64,000 nucleotides of DNA from positions 49,662,001-49,726,000 of the forward strand of contig OX597815.1 of NCBI GenBank assembly GCA_951406725.2, read 5' to 3'. Positions 26,425 to 41,110 of the stretch are shown piece after piece (the first letter of the stretch is position 1; each line of letters starts with the position of its first letter). A model generated the notes under the pieces. It worked only from the letters and a program-made list of their open reading frames with translations. It had not been told where the DNA came from and did no database searches. Position numbers and translations under genes: made by a program. This DNA is from Octopus vulgaris (lineage: Eukaryota).

Positions 26425-26825
26425 TCATCATTATCTAATATTCATTTTCAATGCTTGTTTGGGTTGGACAGTTTCACTGAAAACTGGTAGCTGGGGAGCT
26501 GCACCAGATTTCGATCTGATTTGAGACGATTTCTACAGCTGGATGCTCATCCTAACGCCAAGCACTCCAAGAATGTAGTAGGTACTTTTTATGTGCCATT
26601 GGCACAAATGCCGGTTAGGTAGCATTGGCACTGGCCACAACTACGATCTTTGTTTGACAGGTCTTCTCAAGTACAGTATATTGACAAAGGTCTCAGTCAC
26701 TTGCCACTGCCTCCATGATGCCCAAGTTTGAAGGGTACTTTTTACGTGCCATTAACATGGGTGCCATTTCTGCAACACTGGCATCAACCACAATAACGAT
26801 TTCACATGGCTTGATGGGTCTTCCA
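26425..26825 (-). mobile_element. Family C RTE-tail retroposon
   Basis: Reverse copy of the module seen at 205-550. Confidence 0.7.
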
Positions 26826-27094
26826 TTTGTATATTTTCTAATCTACTAGAACACAGCCATTATAAGAAATTGCTCTGTGCAAATATGCAATAGAATGACA
26901 ATCCTTCACTTCTAAGTTTGTTTTAGAAGCTTTTAATAATCGTAATTTTGTTCTATAATAATTGTTAAACCAACCAGAACTGATAAAGTTTTTGTTATTT
27001 TTACCAATTCCCTTTTGGGCTCAAATTGTCAGGAAAATTTACAAATTTTGTTTCGAAAAATATATTCTTTACAAACATGGTATCAGTTTCCACA

Positions 27095-27508
27095 GGTGCA
27101 GGAGTGACTGTGTGGTAATTAGCTTGCTTACCAACCACATGGTTCTGGGTTCAGTCCCACTGTGTGGCACCTTGGGCAAGTGTCTTCTAATATGGCCTCG
27201 GGCCAACCAAAGCCATGTGAGTGGATTTGGTTGACGGAAACTGAAAGAAACCCATTGTATATATGTATATGTATATATATGTGTGTGTGTGTTTGTGTGT
27301 CTGTGGTTATACCCCCAGCATCGCTTGACAACCGATGCTGGTGTGTTTACGTCCCCATAACTTAGAAGTTCGGCAAAAGAGGCAGATAGAATAAGTTCTA
27401 GGCTTACAAAGAATTAGTCCTAGGGTCGATTTGCTCAACTAAAGGCAGTGCTCCAGCATGGCCACAATCAAATGACTGAAACAAGTAAAAGAGTAAAAGA
27501 GTAAAAGA
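27095..27508 (+). mobile_element. tRNA-derived SINE, family A
   Basis: Full-length copy. Confidence 0.9.
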
Positions 27509-27904
27509 ATCAGCAAATTGAAAGGAGAGATAGATGGTGACTTGCAAAGGCATGTACAACATGTAGCAAAACCCCTCACCTTCTCCCTGCACATGGATGG
27601 GAAGGAAAATGCTCTACAAGCTTTGAAAGTTTAAAGTCCAAATAATTGCATCACTGTGATGTCAGTTGCAGAAACTGCAATGTTAACAAAAGCTACAACA
27701 ACGATAGGGAATATGGTATCCTGCTCCTGGAAGGGGAGAAGGGGTTTTCAACAATGAAATTGTTAAGGTCAAAAACTTGCACTACAGGAGCTTTAGGAAT
27801 TATAAAAAAAAACGTTAACAAAATTAACAACAGCAATGATAGTATAAGCAAAAATGGTAACAGCAGCAATGGTAATAACAGGAAGAATAACAGAGACAGC
27901 AGTG

Positions 27905-28283
27905 GATGGGAAGCACTCCGTCGGTTACGACGATGAGGGTTCCAGTTGATCCGATCAACAGAACAGCTTGCTCGTGAAATTAACGTGCAAGTAGCTGAGC
28001 ACTCCACAGACACGTGTACCCTTAACGTAGTTCTCAGGGATATTCAGCGTGACACAGAGAGTGACAAGGCCAGCCCTTTGAAATACAGGTACAACAGAAA
28101 CAGGAAGTGAGAGTGAGAGAAAGTTGTGGCGAAAGAGTACAGCAGGGACCACCACCATCCCTGCCGGAGCCTCGTGGAGCTCTAGGTGCTTTCGCTCAAT
28201 AAACACTCACAACGCCCGGTCTGGGAATTGAAACCGCGATCCTACGACCGCGAGTCCGCTGCCCTAACCACTGGGCCAGTGCG
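27905..28283 (-). mobile_element. tRNA-derived SINE, family D (CpG-rich, probably young)
   Basis: The minus-strand head tggcccagtggttagggcagcggactcgcggtcgtaggatcgcggtttcaattccc has A and B boxes and runs into a non-tRNA body. Confidence 0.8.
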
Positions 28284-28804
28284 AGACAGAGACAGCAGTA
28301 GCAGTGACAGCAACAGCAACAACAATAACAATAGCAGCAATAATGATCAGTGACCAAAGCAATAAAACTGGCAAACTGGGAAATAATAACAGTAAAGGTA
28401 ACAATACCAGGAATCCCACTAGAGCTAGATCTCTTCTAGAATTAAATTGCATAGTCTTGGAGGAGAGTGAAACACTACTGCATATAAAGAGAATAAAGTA
28501 CAAAAACTGACTTAGTAACACTGGAGGTCCTTCTCAGTGTAAAGCTTGAACGTATGGAAAGAATTGTAGACTTCATCTTGCTGCTGCATGGGCTGTAACT
28601 AAGAATGATTGTAATGGTCAGACAAACAAGATGCCACGTCTATAGAAATATCGACTATCTTAGAGGTTCCTACTCGCACAACCAAAATAGGAAAGAGGGA
28701 AGGAGAACCCCCACTGCTGCCAACACCATTGCTGCATATGTGGATGACATAGCCATAATATATACATAATCTAATATAATCTGATATAATATAATTATAT
28801 GCAT

Positions 28805-28845
<41 letters not shown>

Positions 28846-29180
28846 TATATATATGTATGTATATATATATATATATGTATGTATATATTGTTGCTAGTAT
28901 GCAAAAGTGTCATAAATCCAAAACATTGCTTTTTTTCAGAAAAGGAATAAATAGTTTACCCCATTTCATAGCAATACCATTGTACTACACTTTGACAATT
29001 TTTGATATCTTGGCATCTGAAGCAGCTGGAGATACGATAGTTTGACCAAAAAAAAAAGCCAGCTATTCCAAGCAAAAATAAGTATTGAAGAAAACGTGTT
29101 TGGCCGAATTTGGATATACAACAGTTTAACACAATAGCAATGACACACATGCACACACACACGCACGCATGCACACACAC

Positions 29181-29217
<37 letters not shown>

Positions 29218-29741
29218 TACACACATATATATGACCTATGATCAAAGACACAATTACATGGTCTTGTTTTCAGAAATATTAGATATAGGTCTACATTCTT
29301 CAATATGTCTTTCCATTTTTTAAAGATATCAAAGTGTCATTTTAGGGAGATCTGGCTGTTATTTCTAACAGATCAATGCATTACATAGTTGCTCACATCA
29401 GATTTTATCATGCTGGCCAAATCATAAAGAGTTCTCAGAGAAATTCGTCTATCAAGTAAATGAAAAAATGTAAACACGGAAATCCAAATATGTCCGAATA
29501 GGAGATATGTGACCCCAAAAAAGTAAAGAATGATGATCGAGCAAAAATGAAAAAAAAAAAAAAAGAAACCAACATAAAATACAATTATCTCCAAAATGAA
29601 AATGAATAATGAACATTAAGTGAAAATAAAAATAAATATAATAATAAGTTTACAAAAATTGCGAAGCGAACAAATACAATTTCAATAAAATAAATATGGT
29701 GATAGGTGGGAAATTATTGGCTGAAATCATGTGATTGATAT

Positions 29742-29744
<3 letters not shown>

Positions 29745-29786
<42 letters not shown>

Positions 29787-29796
29787 ATTATTATTA

Positions 29797-29830
<34 letters not shown>

Positions 29831-29919
29831 CATCATCATCATCATCATCATCATTATTATTTTTATTATTATTATTGTTATTATTGTTATTATTATTTTT
29901 ATTATTATTATTATCATCA

Positions 29920-29959
<40 letters not shown>

Positions 29960-29980
29960 CATCATCAGCATCATCATCAA
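29745..29980. repeat. Compound (ATT)n/(ATC)n microsatellite
   Basis: Direct reading of the sequence. Confidence 0.95.
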
Positions 29981-30349
29981 AAATGATACTGTTATTATTG
30001 TGATGGTGTTGCTGCTGTAACATTATTGTTATTATTGTTGATGTGTTTGTTGTTGTAGCTTGGAAAACTCTTTGAACTTGATGTGAACTGAAAATAGCAA
30101 GGTTACATACACTCGCATGCACACGTATATAGTGTGTGTGTATGCATATATATATATATTTATATATTTATCTGTTTGTATGCATATATATGTGAGTGTG
30201 TGTGTGTGTATGTGTGTGATATATGAATTAAATTTAAGGCAACTAATTCAGCAATTATTTTTACTTCAATTGACAAGAAATATTGAGAGAAAATAGAAAT
30301 AGAAGAAAGGGGAGGGAGAAGAAAATTTGACAAAATAAAAGAGAAAGAA

Positions 30350-30590
<241 letters not shown>

Positions 30591-30699
30591 AGTAATTTAA
30601 TGAATAAATAAGCAAGATTTCTAGTTCAGTATGTTTCTTTAAATGATCTTACAAATGGTGCTCTACAAAGTGAAGCTTTGCAAGACAAGTAAAAGAGAA

Positions 30700-30738
<39 letters not shown>

Positions 30739-30958
30739 AAACAGAATCTTGACTTGATATAAATATTCAATAAATGTTACTATATTGTTGCCATCATCTG
30801 AAGTGAACTATTAGAAAATTGATCAAACTTGCTCCTCTACATAATTCCCCCTATTTAATTTTTACTCAACCTGAATGGTAGAGTTGTCCCCCTTCCTGCT
30901 CAAGCATGAACTATCATTATCATTAATGTTATTTTTCTTTATTACAAATGTAATTTTA

Positions 30959-31478
30959 TTCGGTTGAGGAAAAAGTTTGTGCGCCAAACTTGTGCCGAAT
31001 AGTTGCACCATCAACACTGAACTTTACTGCAAGCAACTTGATTGAGTCTACGATGCACAGGTTGAAAAGTACCCAAGACATGTTCATTGAAAATGCACTT
31101 TGTTTCAAAAAGTCAATGCAAAGCTGCATACACCAGCAACAAGATTGAAGAATTGTATGGTGTGGAAGTTCTGCCACATCCAACCTGTAGTCTAGACGTT
31201 ATTCCATTTGACTACAGTCTCTTCTGATCAATGCAGCACTTTATAAAGGTTACCGATTTGAGCCATTTGATGAAGTTGAAGAAGCCTGTCAAGGATTTTT
31301 TAATTCAAAGCTGAAGGATCGGTACTTTGACCAAATCTGAAAGCTTGCAGATTGTTGGCATAAGGTCATGGAAAATGATGGTCTTTATTTTGAAGAATGG
31401 TTTTTGTTGTTTCTGAGTAAATTCTTGCATAAAAATTCCTTATTTTAACACAGTGCATGAACTTTTTCCTGAACGTAG
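30959..31478 (+). mobile_element. Internally deleted mariner (DD34D-type) with decayed transposase C-terminus
   Basis: TA-flanked imperfect TIRs (ttcggttgaggaaaaagtttgtgcg and gcatgaactttttcctgaacgtag). Translation TINTELYCKQLD...EVLPHPTCSLDVIPFDYSLF...WHKVMENDGLYFEE corresponds to the mariner HPPYSPDLAPSDY motif. Confidence 0.85.
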
Positions 31479-31849
31479 TAACTGAATAATCATTATTTGT
31501 ATTTATTTTTTGAACTCATTATGTCATCTAAGTTAGAAATTCTAGAACCCTGTAGGGTAAATTCCACTAATAGAGGGATTTCAACTGGGCGAATTGCAAT
31601 GGTAGATTTACTACCCATTTTAATGTGCACTATAAGCTCCATATCCATGCAGTTCAAAGTAACTGATTTACAAGCGGACTTGCAAAATCACCAAGACAAT
31701 AAACAGATAAATAAATAAATAAATAAATGAATAAATAGATAAATAAATGAAGTTAATTCAAGTCAAAGGAAGTCAAATTTCCTAGTGGGGTGATCAGAAA
31801 TGAACAAACTGCAATAGCAGTAAAAGCAACAATTTACCAGAAATTGTCT

Positions 31850-32060
31850 TCTAATTTTGGTACAAGGCTAGGAAGCCCAGGGAAGGGATTAGGTCGATTA
31901 CATCGACCCTAGTACTTAGCTGGTACTTATTTTATCGACCTTGAAAGGATGAAAGGCAAAGTCGACCTCAGCGGAATTTGAACTCAAAATGTGAAGATGA
32001 GACAAAATATTGTTAAGTATTTGGCACAGTGGCTAAGAATTCTGCCAGTTTGCCACCTTA
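31850..32060 (-). mobile_element. SINE family B (Nin/Deu-like core)
   Basis: Reverse copy of the gtcgactttgcctttcatcctttc..ggtcgataaaataagtaccag core, which resembles the Nin domain. Confidence 0.75.
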
Positions 32061-32297
32061 ACAATATCCAGAAATTAATTAGAAGTTTTAGTAAATAAAT
32101 ATCACTCTATTAATCTATGCATCTCTCTTTCTCTTTCTCTCTCTCACACATACTCACACACACTGAAGACTGTCTTAGTAGCATTATAGGCCCCTAGGAA
32201 AAATCAATGCTCTGAGCCCTGTAGTATTTATTTATTTACTGCAAGGCATAACATATATATAGATCAGAATTGAGCCTTCTTTCTCTCTATATATATA

Positions 32298-32930
32298 GGC
32301 ACAGGAGTGGCTGTGTGGTTCTGGGTTCAGTCCCACTACATGGCACCTTGGGAAAGTGTCTTCTGCTATGGCCTTGTGGGTGGATTTGATAGATGGAAAC
32401 TGAAAGAAGCCCATCAAATGTGTGTGTGTATATGTGTGTGTGTGTATGTGTGTGTGTGTATGTATATGTTTGTATGTCTCTGATTGCCCCACCACCACCA
32501 CCATTGCTTGACAACCAATGTTGGTGTATCTACATCCCATAACTTAGTAGTACAGCAATAGAGACCAATAGAATAAGTACTAGGCTTACAAAGAATAAGT
32601 TCTGGGGGGCAATTTGTTCAACAAAGGGCAGTGCTCCAGCATGACCACAGTCAAATGACTGAAACAAATAACAAGTGAAGAACAAATATATAGTGTATTT
32701 GGCAAAAAAAAATGACCATCCCGAAACACACACACACACACACATACATACATACATACATACACACACACAACAGGCTTCTCTCAGTTTCCATCCACCA
32801 AATCCACTCACAAGGTTTTGCTTAGCCTGATGCTATGGTAGAAGGGCTTGACCAAGATGTCATACAGTGCTACTGAACTCAGATCTATTCGGTTGAGAAG
32901 TGAACTTCTTACCATACAGCCACACTTACA
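32298..32930. mobile_element. Family A SINE (+, internally deleted) followed by a reverse 5' half copy
   Basis: Plus-strand copy at 32298-32680 and minus-strand partial copy at 32770-32930. Confidence 0.8.
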
Positions 32931-34900
32931 TGTTTCCTCAGACAAAGCCTAGTATTACCATATTATCATGCCAAAATTTAGGAAATAAAGCATATTCTTG
33001 TCTTTATATTATTAACCATCAGATAAGGAACAAAGTTATAAATTTCTTTTCAAGGTATCCCAAAGAGGTTCTTAAGTATTTGAAAACAGGGATGGGATTT
33101 CTTAGAATGAATACAATATATAAACAACTGAAAAACAAAATACTTAAATATTTTTGTCATTAATTGATTAAAAAAAACAAAAAACAAATAAGAATTATAC
33201 ATTATTCTTAATGCATATTTGTTTGTAAATATAACTGAAATTTTAAATGATAAAAAATCATTAAAAAATAAGGAACAATACATTTATGAAATATTGAAGA
33301 GAGATCTTTTTATATTTAAGGATGGTCATTTTGGGTCTTTTTTTTTTGCTAGATAAACATATGCACCATATATTCCTTCTTCACTTCAGCTTTATTCTTA
33401 TTCTTATATTGGTCTCCTTTGTCTGAAATCTGTGACCTCTTTAGTGATCCTCCATCCCATGTGTCTCCTCCTGTTCTGTTTAGTCCATTCTAACTTTCCG
33501 TGATGTGTATCCTTATCTGTGCATGCATTTGCACCTGTGTCTGTTTCTGTATCTCTGTGTGTGTGTGTGTGTGTGTGCATGCGCATGTGTGTGTGCATGC
33601 GCATGTGTGTGTGCATGAGAGTGTGTGCGCATGTGTATGTGTGTGCGCATGTGTATGTGTGTGCGCATGTGTGTGTGCATGAGTGTGTGTGTGTGTGTAG
33701 ATCCATGTATGAAATTATTAGAAATGGAAACCTGTATTTGCATTGAAGCCTTATGTTCTTGTCTCAAAGGGCCATGTGAAACGACATAGCTAATGCAATG
33801 AACAGAGTGTAATATATAAACAGTTCATGTCTTATATCAGATGTTAAAGGAATTCTAAGCATCTGGTAATATTCCGGAATATTTAATAAAGGTTGTTGAC
33901 AATCTGACAATGCATGGAGTGTAAAGGTAAAATAAAATGTCAGGAAGCGACGGAGTAAGACAATATCTGCACATGAAGAAGAAATCAGACAAGCATGTAA
34001 AAATCTGTTCTACCACAGGCATAGTGATATTTAATTGTGAATTCCTGAGAAGTAACCACAAAGCATGGTGTAATATATCAAAGACATGAAAGACAGTGGT
34101 CAGGGCGGAAGGATATAGATAGAGAGAGGAGAAGAAAAAAAAAGAGAGAAAGATGTGGTGAGAGTGTATGTAACACCTTATTGACATCCATCAAAATGTC
34201 TTTTACCATAAGAGAACATTCAGGTTATGACATGACTACTCCCTAACTTCTATTCACACTAGATTATTTTGTGGGGTTAGGACCCTTGGCATTTATATAT
34301 CATTATTTCTCTTTACTCTCAACTTCAATATATTATGAAAATGGCCGACAGCTTGCAATGACAGCTTGTCTCTCAAGTATGTCTACTCTGGATTGCAAGA
34401 TGCCAAATTTAAAAACAAAACATCCTCATCCACGAGAGAGAGGAAAACATAAACAAAAACAAAATACAAAGCAAAAAATAATACTAAAGTAGGGAAAAAG
34501 AATTTAGACCTTGTTTGAATCATTAATCATTTTGTAAAAGAAACAAAGTATTAGGGTAAATAATTTAAACATCTTTCTCCAACTAAACACTGTCCTGGTA
34601 GACAAAGTGTTAAGTTTGTATTATATTATAACAAAATATGCCTTTGTTTGTTTGCATGTTTACAAGTTTCTATGTAGCTTTTGTTTATCAGACTCACCCA
34701 CAAAGCATTGGAAAGCCTGAATTTAAAGTAGAAGTCACTTGCAAAAGTTCTCTTACAGTGGGATGGAACTGGAAACTAAGTGAACTCCATATCCGTACAG
34801 CAATACCCGTGACCAAATAATTCTTGTACCTATGATGATGAAGATATTCACATATACATACATTCATCTCTCTCTCTCTCTCTTAATATACATACATACA

Positions 34901-35028
<128 letters not shown>

Positions 35029-35339
35029 CATGCACATATGCATACATTCTTACATGCATAAGGCATCCTTACTTTCATTCATTCCTGTTGTTGACATGTT
35101 CATAGGAACATGGTCTGGTTCCTTATTAGGTTGAACTCAAAAGTAGAAGTCAGAATGCTTGGTTGTTTAGTACATAACAGTGAGTCAAGCAAAATATGTT
35201 CTCTTTCATCCTCAATTCATAAGGAATACTGGATAGCAGATAGCTAATGAGGAGAGGGAGGAGGAGGAGATTGTTAATGAGAAATCAGTTATCTGGCTAC
35301 TTGGAATTATTTTAACCATTTCATATTTTCATTTTTTTT

Positions 35340-36600
35340 TAATGCCAATAATCCAAATATTTATGAAAGCAGATAAAATTCAAAAGCTTATTAAATATAA
35401 TTATGCATTAAAAAAAAACCAACAAAAGTTATTTTCTGCAGAAATGTCATATTGGAACAAAGCTGAATAGAGACATGGATAAAACATTCCCTAGACATTT
35501 CCAGTCATTCCACTTTTAAGCTGCTGTGCTGCTTACTATTACCCACAATGATAACTCCTGTGTGCAATATTGGCAAGGGAACTGGACAAGTAGAAAATTA
35601 CAAAGCAGACCAAGCTAATAGAATGAGATAAATGCATGATGTCTCATAGACTTGAATTTGAGGCTATCACTCACAACTTGTTATATCTCCAAGGTAATGC
35701 TAATATAATGGGTAAGGGCACAATCTTACTCTTTGGTGATTCCAAGTAAACTCTTTCATTACTGTATTGGTTTAGAAAATAATGAGGAATTTAGTAAAAT
35801 AATTTTGTCATTAACATAACTTACCATGAAATTTTGATGGAAAGGTTTCACTTAAATCCCTTTAAAATAGAGAGTTTGTATCAGAACCGGGAACAGTCTC
35901 GGATGGTTTTATATAAAAAGGGTAAACAGGATTCTTTGAGGTGTGCTCTTACCTTATCCCTTCTGGTGATGAGAAAGCATGCCTCCTTCACCATTCTACT
36001 GACATGAGAATTAAACTTAGAGATGTGTGAACAGCCAAGGTTGTACAGGATTTGCTTTCGTTGGGGGCAATATTTAGCAACTGGTTAACACTGATAAAGG
36101 AGATAACAAAATACCAAAAGACTGCGAGGAAATTGTCAACACAATTCAAAATGCTATTGAAAGTTTATCCTAGCCTCTCACAATGTCATCATTGGGGAAC
36201 CTGAATGACACCATCCTCGCTCCCCCAAAGATGACATTGTGCAACCTATTAATGCCAGCATCATTCAAAAAAAAAAAAAAACACAGCTTAATCAGACTGA
36301 ATAAATCATTTCCTGATATAGTGGATGTTAATGACACTGACAACCATCTGACATTGTTGTCCCTCCTCTCAATCTGCAACTGAAAGTGAGAGTGTTCATT
36401 ATAGTGATACAAGATATGGATACACCCAAAACTCTGTGACTACAAGAATTGCTGTTAAATCTTTTATGTACCCTACAATCAAAACCACCATTATAACTGA
36501 TGAAGCAAAGGGATATGCTTTCATTCTACACATCACCCTTATCCAATAAGATATAACTTTTTGGTTCGAGCACATATAGTTTCCAGTAATACTATTGTTT
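35340..36600 (+). pseudogene. Helitron RepHel PIF1-like helicase relic, interrupted by a MITE at ~35760-35925
   Basis: Manual translation gives HSTFKL..., PVCNIGKG, KLIE*DKCMMSH..FEA (WDEC.M.H), ILLFGDSK*TL (GDFRQ.LP), TILAP/KDDIV..IN, VPPLNLQLKV, TRIAVK and IKTTIIT...AFILHITLI, in the canonical order of PIF1 motifs. Confidence 0.8.
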
Positions 36601-36659
36601 GTGCAACCATCATATTCCAGTCACATACCTACATATATGTTTAAGTTTAACTGCCAGCT

Positions 36660-37010
36660 TCATGTTTTTGTCATTGCCAGTTCTATGTTACATGAATGAC
36701 CATGGGATTGCACCTACAAAGTTACCCTCCGAGGAACAAGTCCAGGTAAGGTTGCTTATGGAAGACCAGCAGTTGCCCGTGCATACCAGCTTCCCCTCTC
36801 CTCATCACCGATATTATCCAAGGGAAAAGGCAAAGGCTGATACAGCTAGGCACCTGTGATGTCATAACTCATTTCTACAGCTGAGTGAACTGAAGCAACG
36901 TGAAATAAAGTGTCTTGCTCAAGAGCACAACATGCAGCCCAGTCCAGGAATCAAACTCACAACCTCACAACCGTAAGCCCGACGCTCTAACCACTGAGCC
37001 ATGTGTCTTC
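36660..37010 (-). mobile_element. tRNA-derived SINE (distinct central core, RTE-like tail)
   Basis: Minus-strand head tggctcagtggttagagcgtcggg...gagtttgattcc followed by a cttgagcaagacacttta-type core. Confidence 0.7.
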
Positions 37011-37609
37011 ACTGAGCAAAGTTGACATCTTTTCATCTGAAAATTGTAGAACAAAATATTGTTGACCCCTATTGGGCACTTGCTAAGGGAAATACTCCTG
37101 TTAGAATCATTTCTGCTGTAAGTGTTGCATATCAAATATATCAAGTAAGCATTTTTAGCAACAAAATTAAAATTATCAATAAACATAGTCTCAAAAGTTT
37201 CATGAATTACAGAGACTGGGAAAATTTCAACTTAAGACAAGTATTTGCGTTATGGTAAAAGGGGAAGTAGATAAAATTATGTACAAAAAGAATTACATGA
37301 GAATTTGTTACAAGTTTAAGGAAAAAAATATTTCTAAAATTTTTTCTATGTATTTGGCAACCAAGTAGTATCAGGAACTTCTGCTATAATATTTATATGA
37401 ATTTTTTTTTCGACACAAAGCCCGAAATTTTAGAGAGGTGGGACCAGTCGATTACATCGACCCCAGTATGCACCTGGTACTTAATTTATCAACCCTGAAA
37501 GGATGAAAGGCAAAGTCAACCTTTTAAAAATTTAATATTTATATGAATATGAGCATATCATCATCATCATCGTTTAACGTCCGCTTTCCATGCTAGCATG
37601 GGTTGGACG

Positions 37610-37699
<90 letters not shown>

Positions 37700-37927
37700 T
37701 CAGACATTTTTGTGTGTATGTGATCTAATTTAAGCTAATTTTATTTATTTACATATGGTGCTTTGAAATTTTAATTCTTTCTATTCCATTGGGACCTTTA
37801 CTATACTCCTGGATGAAGACATCTCTGAGATATATTTTGCTATAACTAATATCATTATAGTTCCCTTCTGCATTTAATCTTTAATGTTTGCTTCTGAAAG
37901 GGTATGAACAAAAATGCACACACACAG

Positions 37928-37980
<53 letters not shown>

Positions 37981-38152
37981 TACATACACACATATACACA
38001 TATATTTATTTATAGCAAGTTGATTGCTATGGCTGGTCAGAGAGTGACCATTTGTTTCACATCTATAAAGTGCTTAGCTGTATAGGCAAGTCATCACAGT
38101 CAAATGCCCAGAGGCACATAACCGATCTACAACTTGATACATGAACTACTGA

Positions 38153-38195
<43 letters not shown>

Positions 38196-38294
38196 CATAC
38201 ATATATACATATATATAATACTAAATGACACACACAATGTTCACAAATATATTAATATACATATCTATCATATACATATAAATACTAAATTATT

Positions 38295-38325
<31 letters not shown>

Positions 38326-38409
38326 GTAAAATGGATAATAACAAAAATAATATAGGTGGCCAACAAGCAAAAGCCAATAAATGGCAAATCCCAAATTTTA
38401 TAATTAATT

Positions 38410-38544
38410 TATAATTATAATAGGGCACACGCAATACAAGCATTGTTGTGAAAAATCCTGTAAGTGATTAGTGGTTTTCTTAGAGGATTTTTTTGACTCT
38501 GATTTTCACAATGCTGGCACCACATGTGCCCTATTATAATTATA
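38410..38544. mobile_element. Small foldback MITE with 20-bp perfect terminal inverted repeat
   Basis: tataattataatagggcaca (38410-38429) is the exact reverse complement of 38525-38544. The inner segments agcattg..tgaaaa and ttttcacaatgct also pair. Confidence 0.65.
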
Positions 38545-38919
38545 TATATATATATACACATACCTTTTGCTAACACAGTTTTATGTTGTATGGATTAGAT
38601 GTCGAATTACTCCCTGATTATGTTTTACCTGTATTTTACCTATAGGCATTGATCAGTAGATGTTCAAGCACAACATTAATCACATCAATCTTAATGATTT
38701 GTGAAGGTCTGTAGTGATTATGAGCATTGTGTTTTCAAATCTCATCCAAGTCTTCTTTATTATTTTTCTTCTGGTAAGATTCAAATAAATGCCCATGGAC
38801 AAAATAATACTCAGGGTAATATAACTGAATATACCTGAGAAGTGAGTGCTCCAGCAAGGCCAAAGTACTCTCATTGAAACCAGTAGAAGACTAGATAAAA
38901 ATTACTTCTGCCTAACTTA

Positions 38920-39112
38920 TCTTTTACTCATTTCAATTATTGAATTGCGGCCATGCTGGAGAACTGCCTTGAAGGGCTTAGTTGAAGAAATCGACCCCTG
39001 TACTTTTTTTTTAAAGTCTAGTACTCTCAAGATCTTTTGTTGAGCCATTCAGTCACAGAAACGTAAACAGACCAGCCTCACTTGCCAATCTGTGATGGAG
39101 GTCAAACAACAC

Positions 39113-39163
<51 letters not shown>

Positions 39164-39326
39164 GATGGGCTTTCATCAGTTTCCATTCATTCAGCCCACT
39201 TACAGGGTTTTGGTCAGCCCAGCACTATAGTATAAGACACTTGCTGAAGGTGCCACAGATTGGGACTGAACCCAAGGCCACGTGATTGTGAAGCAAAATT
39301 CTTACTCACATAGCCACACATGCACC
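38920..39326 (-). mobile_element. Diverged family A SINE
   Basis: Degenerate reverse copy with a (CA)n centre. Confidence 0.75.
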
Positions 39327-41110
39327 TTAAAACAATCTATTTTGAAAAACAAGAATTAAGATGAAAGAAGGATACATTGACAATGCAACCCAATTTTATT
39401 TACATCTGGTTTTCTTATTCTAGAGAGGGCTGGATAGTATTACAATTTTTGACATTTGTATGATGCATTAGAGAAAAAGAATTTGATAGTTAAATACACT
39501 TCACAATACTTCATAATAGTTCATAATACCAATTATCCAGTTATGATAAATTTCATCTTGGTGAACTTAGAGGACTTACTTAACTGCACAATCAAATATC
39601 AAGTATCACCAAGAAAGATTAATTTAGAGACTATAAGAAAAGTACAAAAGTCTATGATCTTGCTCGCACATCACCATTATGATTGATAGTTGGTATCATT
39701 ATATTCTGTAAATCTTTTTTCAAGACTGCATTCATGCCAGAGCTCTGTCTTTTATGGTTGCAATCAATTGTATTAACTGTATTACTTATTTTAAATACAA
39801 AATGCAAAGTATACAGTGTAGGACAAAATTTACACAGGGTATTTCTGTTTGAATATACCACAGTGTTGATATGTGTTTATGCATGTATCATCATCATCAT
39901 CATCATCGTCATCATCAACAACATTTGACATCAGTTTTCCATGCTAACATGGATTGAACAGCTTGACAGGAACTGGCAAAGGCCAGGGGCCACACCAAGT
40001 TCCATTGTCTGTTTTGGTCTGGTTTCTACAGTTGGATGATTTTCCTAATGCTAAGCACTTTACAGAGTGTACTGAGCATACCAACATCTGACCTATACTC
40101 TTTACACAGCACCTTGGTTTTAGGATCTCAATTCTGCTCTTCTTCTCAAGTATAGCAATGTGCCACATATTTCAAATTTATACATATCATATATACATAC
40201 AAAACAGACAAAAGGTAGTTATACAAACAAGAACTCAACACAAATCATTGAGATTAAATATATATAGTAACAGTTTGTAAATTTGACATGCAATCACTCA
40301 AAGTTTTTGCATGTGTAAAGTTCATTTCACCCCTCAGTTACAGTGGTGTTAAATGGTTAGGTAGCCACAATACCTACAGGAGGTTGAATATCACTTATTT
40401 ATGTCATTGAATCTTTGTGTCTATTTGTCAGTCCAGATCATGTTATGAAGTAAGTGGTAGAATGGCCACTCAGTGTTTTGAATGGTTTCTGAGTGGGAGA
40501 CAACTCTGACAAAATAAATGAAATCTGCAGGCTGCTTTGTTCTCAGTGCCAATGAATCATTTCATAATTGTTCTGCAACATCCAACTATTTTTCGTGCAT
40601 CCAGACAATCATTCTAGTACACATCTCATCAAATGATCCAGGCCAATAAGAACTAACTTTGCTCATAATCCAACAATATTTAACTTCTTTTAAAACTCAT
40701 AACTGCTTTACCACTTAGCATTGCAGCACTTGCATGGTCACACATGCTTTACACATCTGTAAAACTTTGAGAAAGTCTGGTTTCCATCACAAACTAAGCA
40801 TACATGCACATGCTATATTTTTTAAAGCTGTGTCTATGTGATGTGCTCCTTTTAATCCCCTGTATTGCAATACTCATCAGTGAGAAGTCAGAATTATCAG
40901 TCAAGTATATATATATATGTATGTATGTATGTATGTATATATATCAATAATTCACTTAGGCATAGTGACACTAATAACTTGGTGTTAGAACTCAATATAT
41001 ATTTGCTTCAGATAAAAGCAGTATTGAGTACAGAACACTATAAGAGATTATATAAATGACAAGGGAACACGAAATTATCTTTATTATCATTATTAATATT
41101 ATTAAACATA

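Noticed and set aside
28205-28283. tRNA-like sequence with A/B boxes (also at 36950-37010 and 53405-53478)
   Set aside because: There is no closing acceptor stem or terminator, and the sequence continues into a SINE body.
40430-40800. Possible mariner N-terminal relic (TQCFEWF..SGR)
   Set aside because: Only one short motif is present and no TIRs were found.
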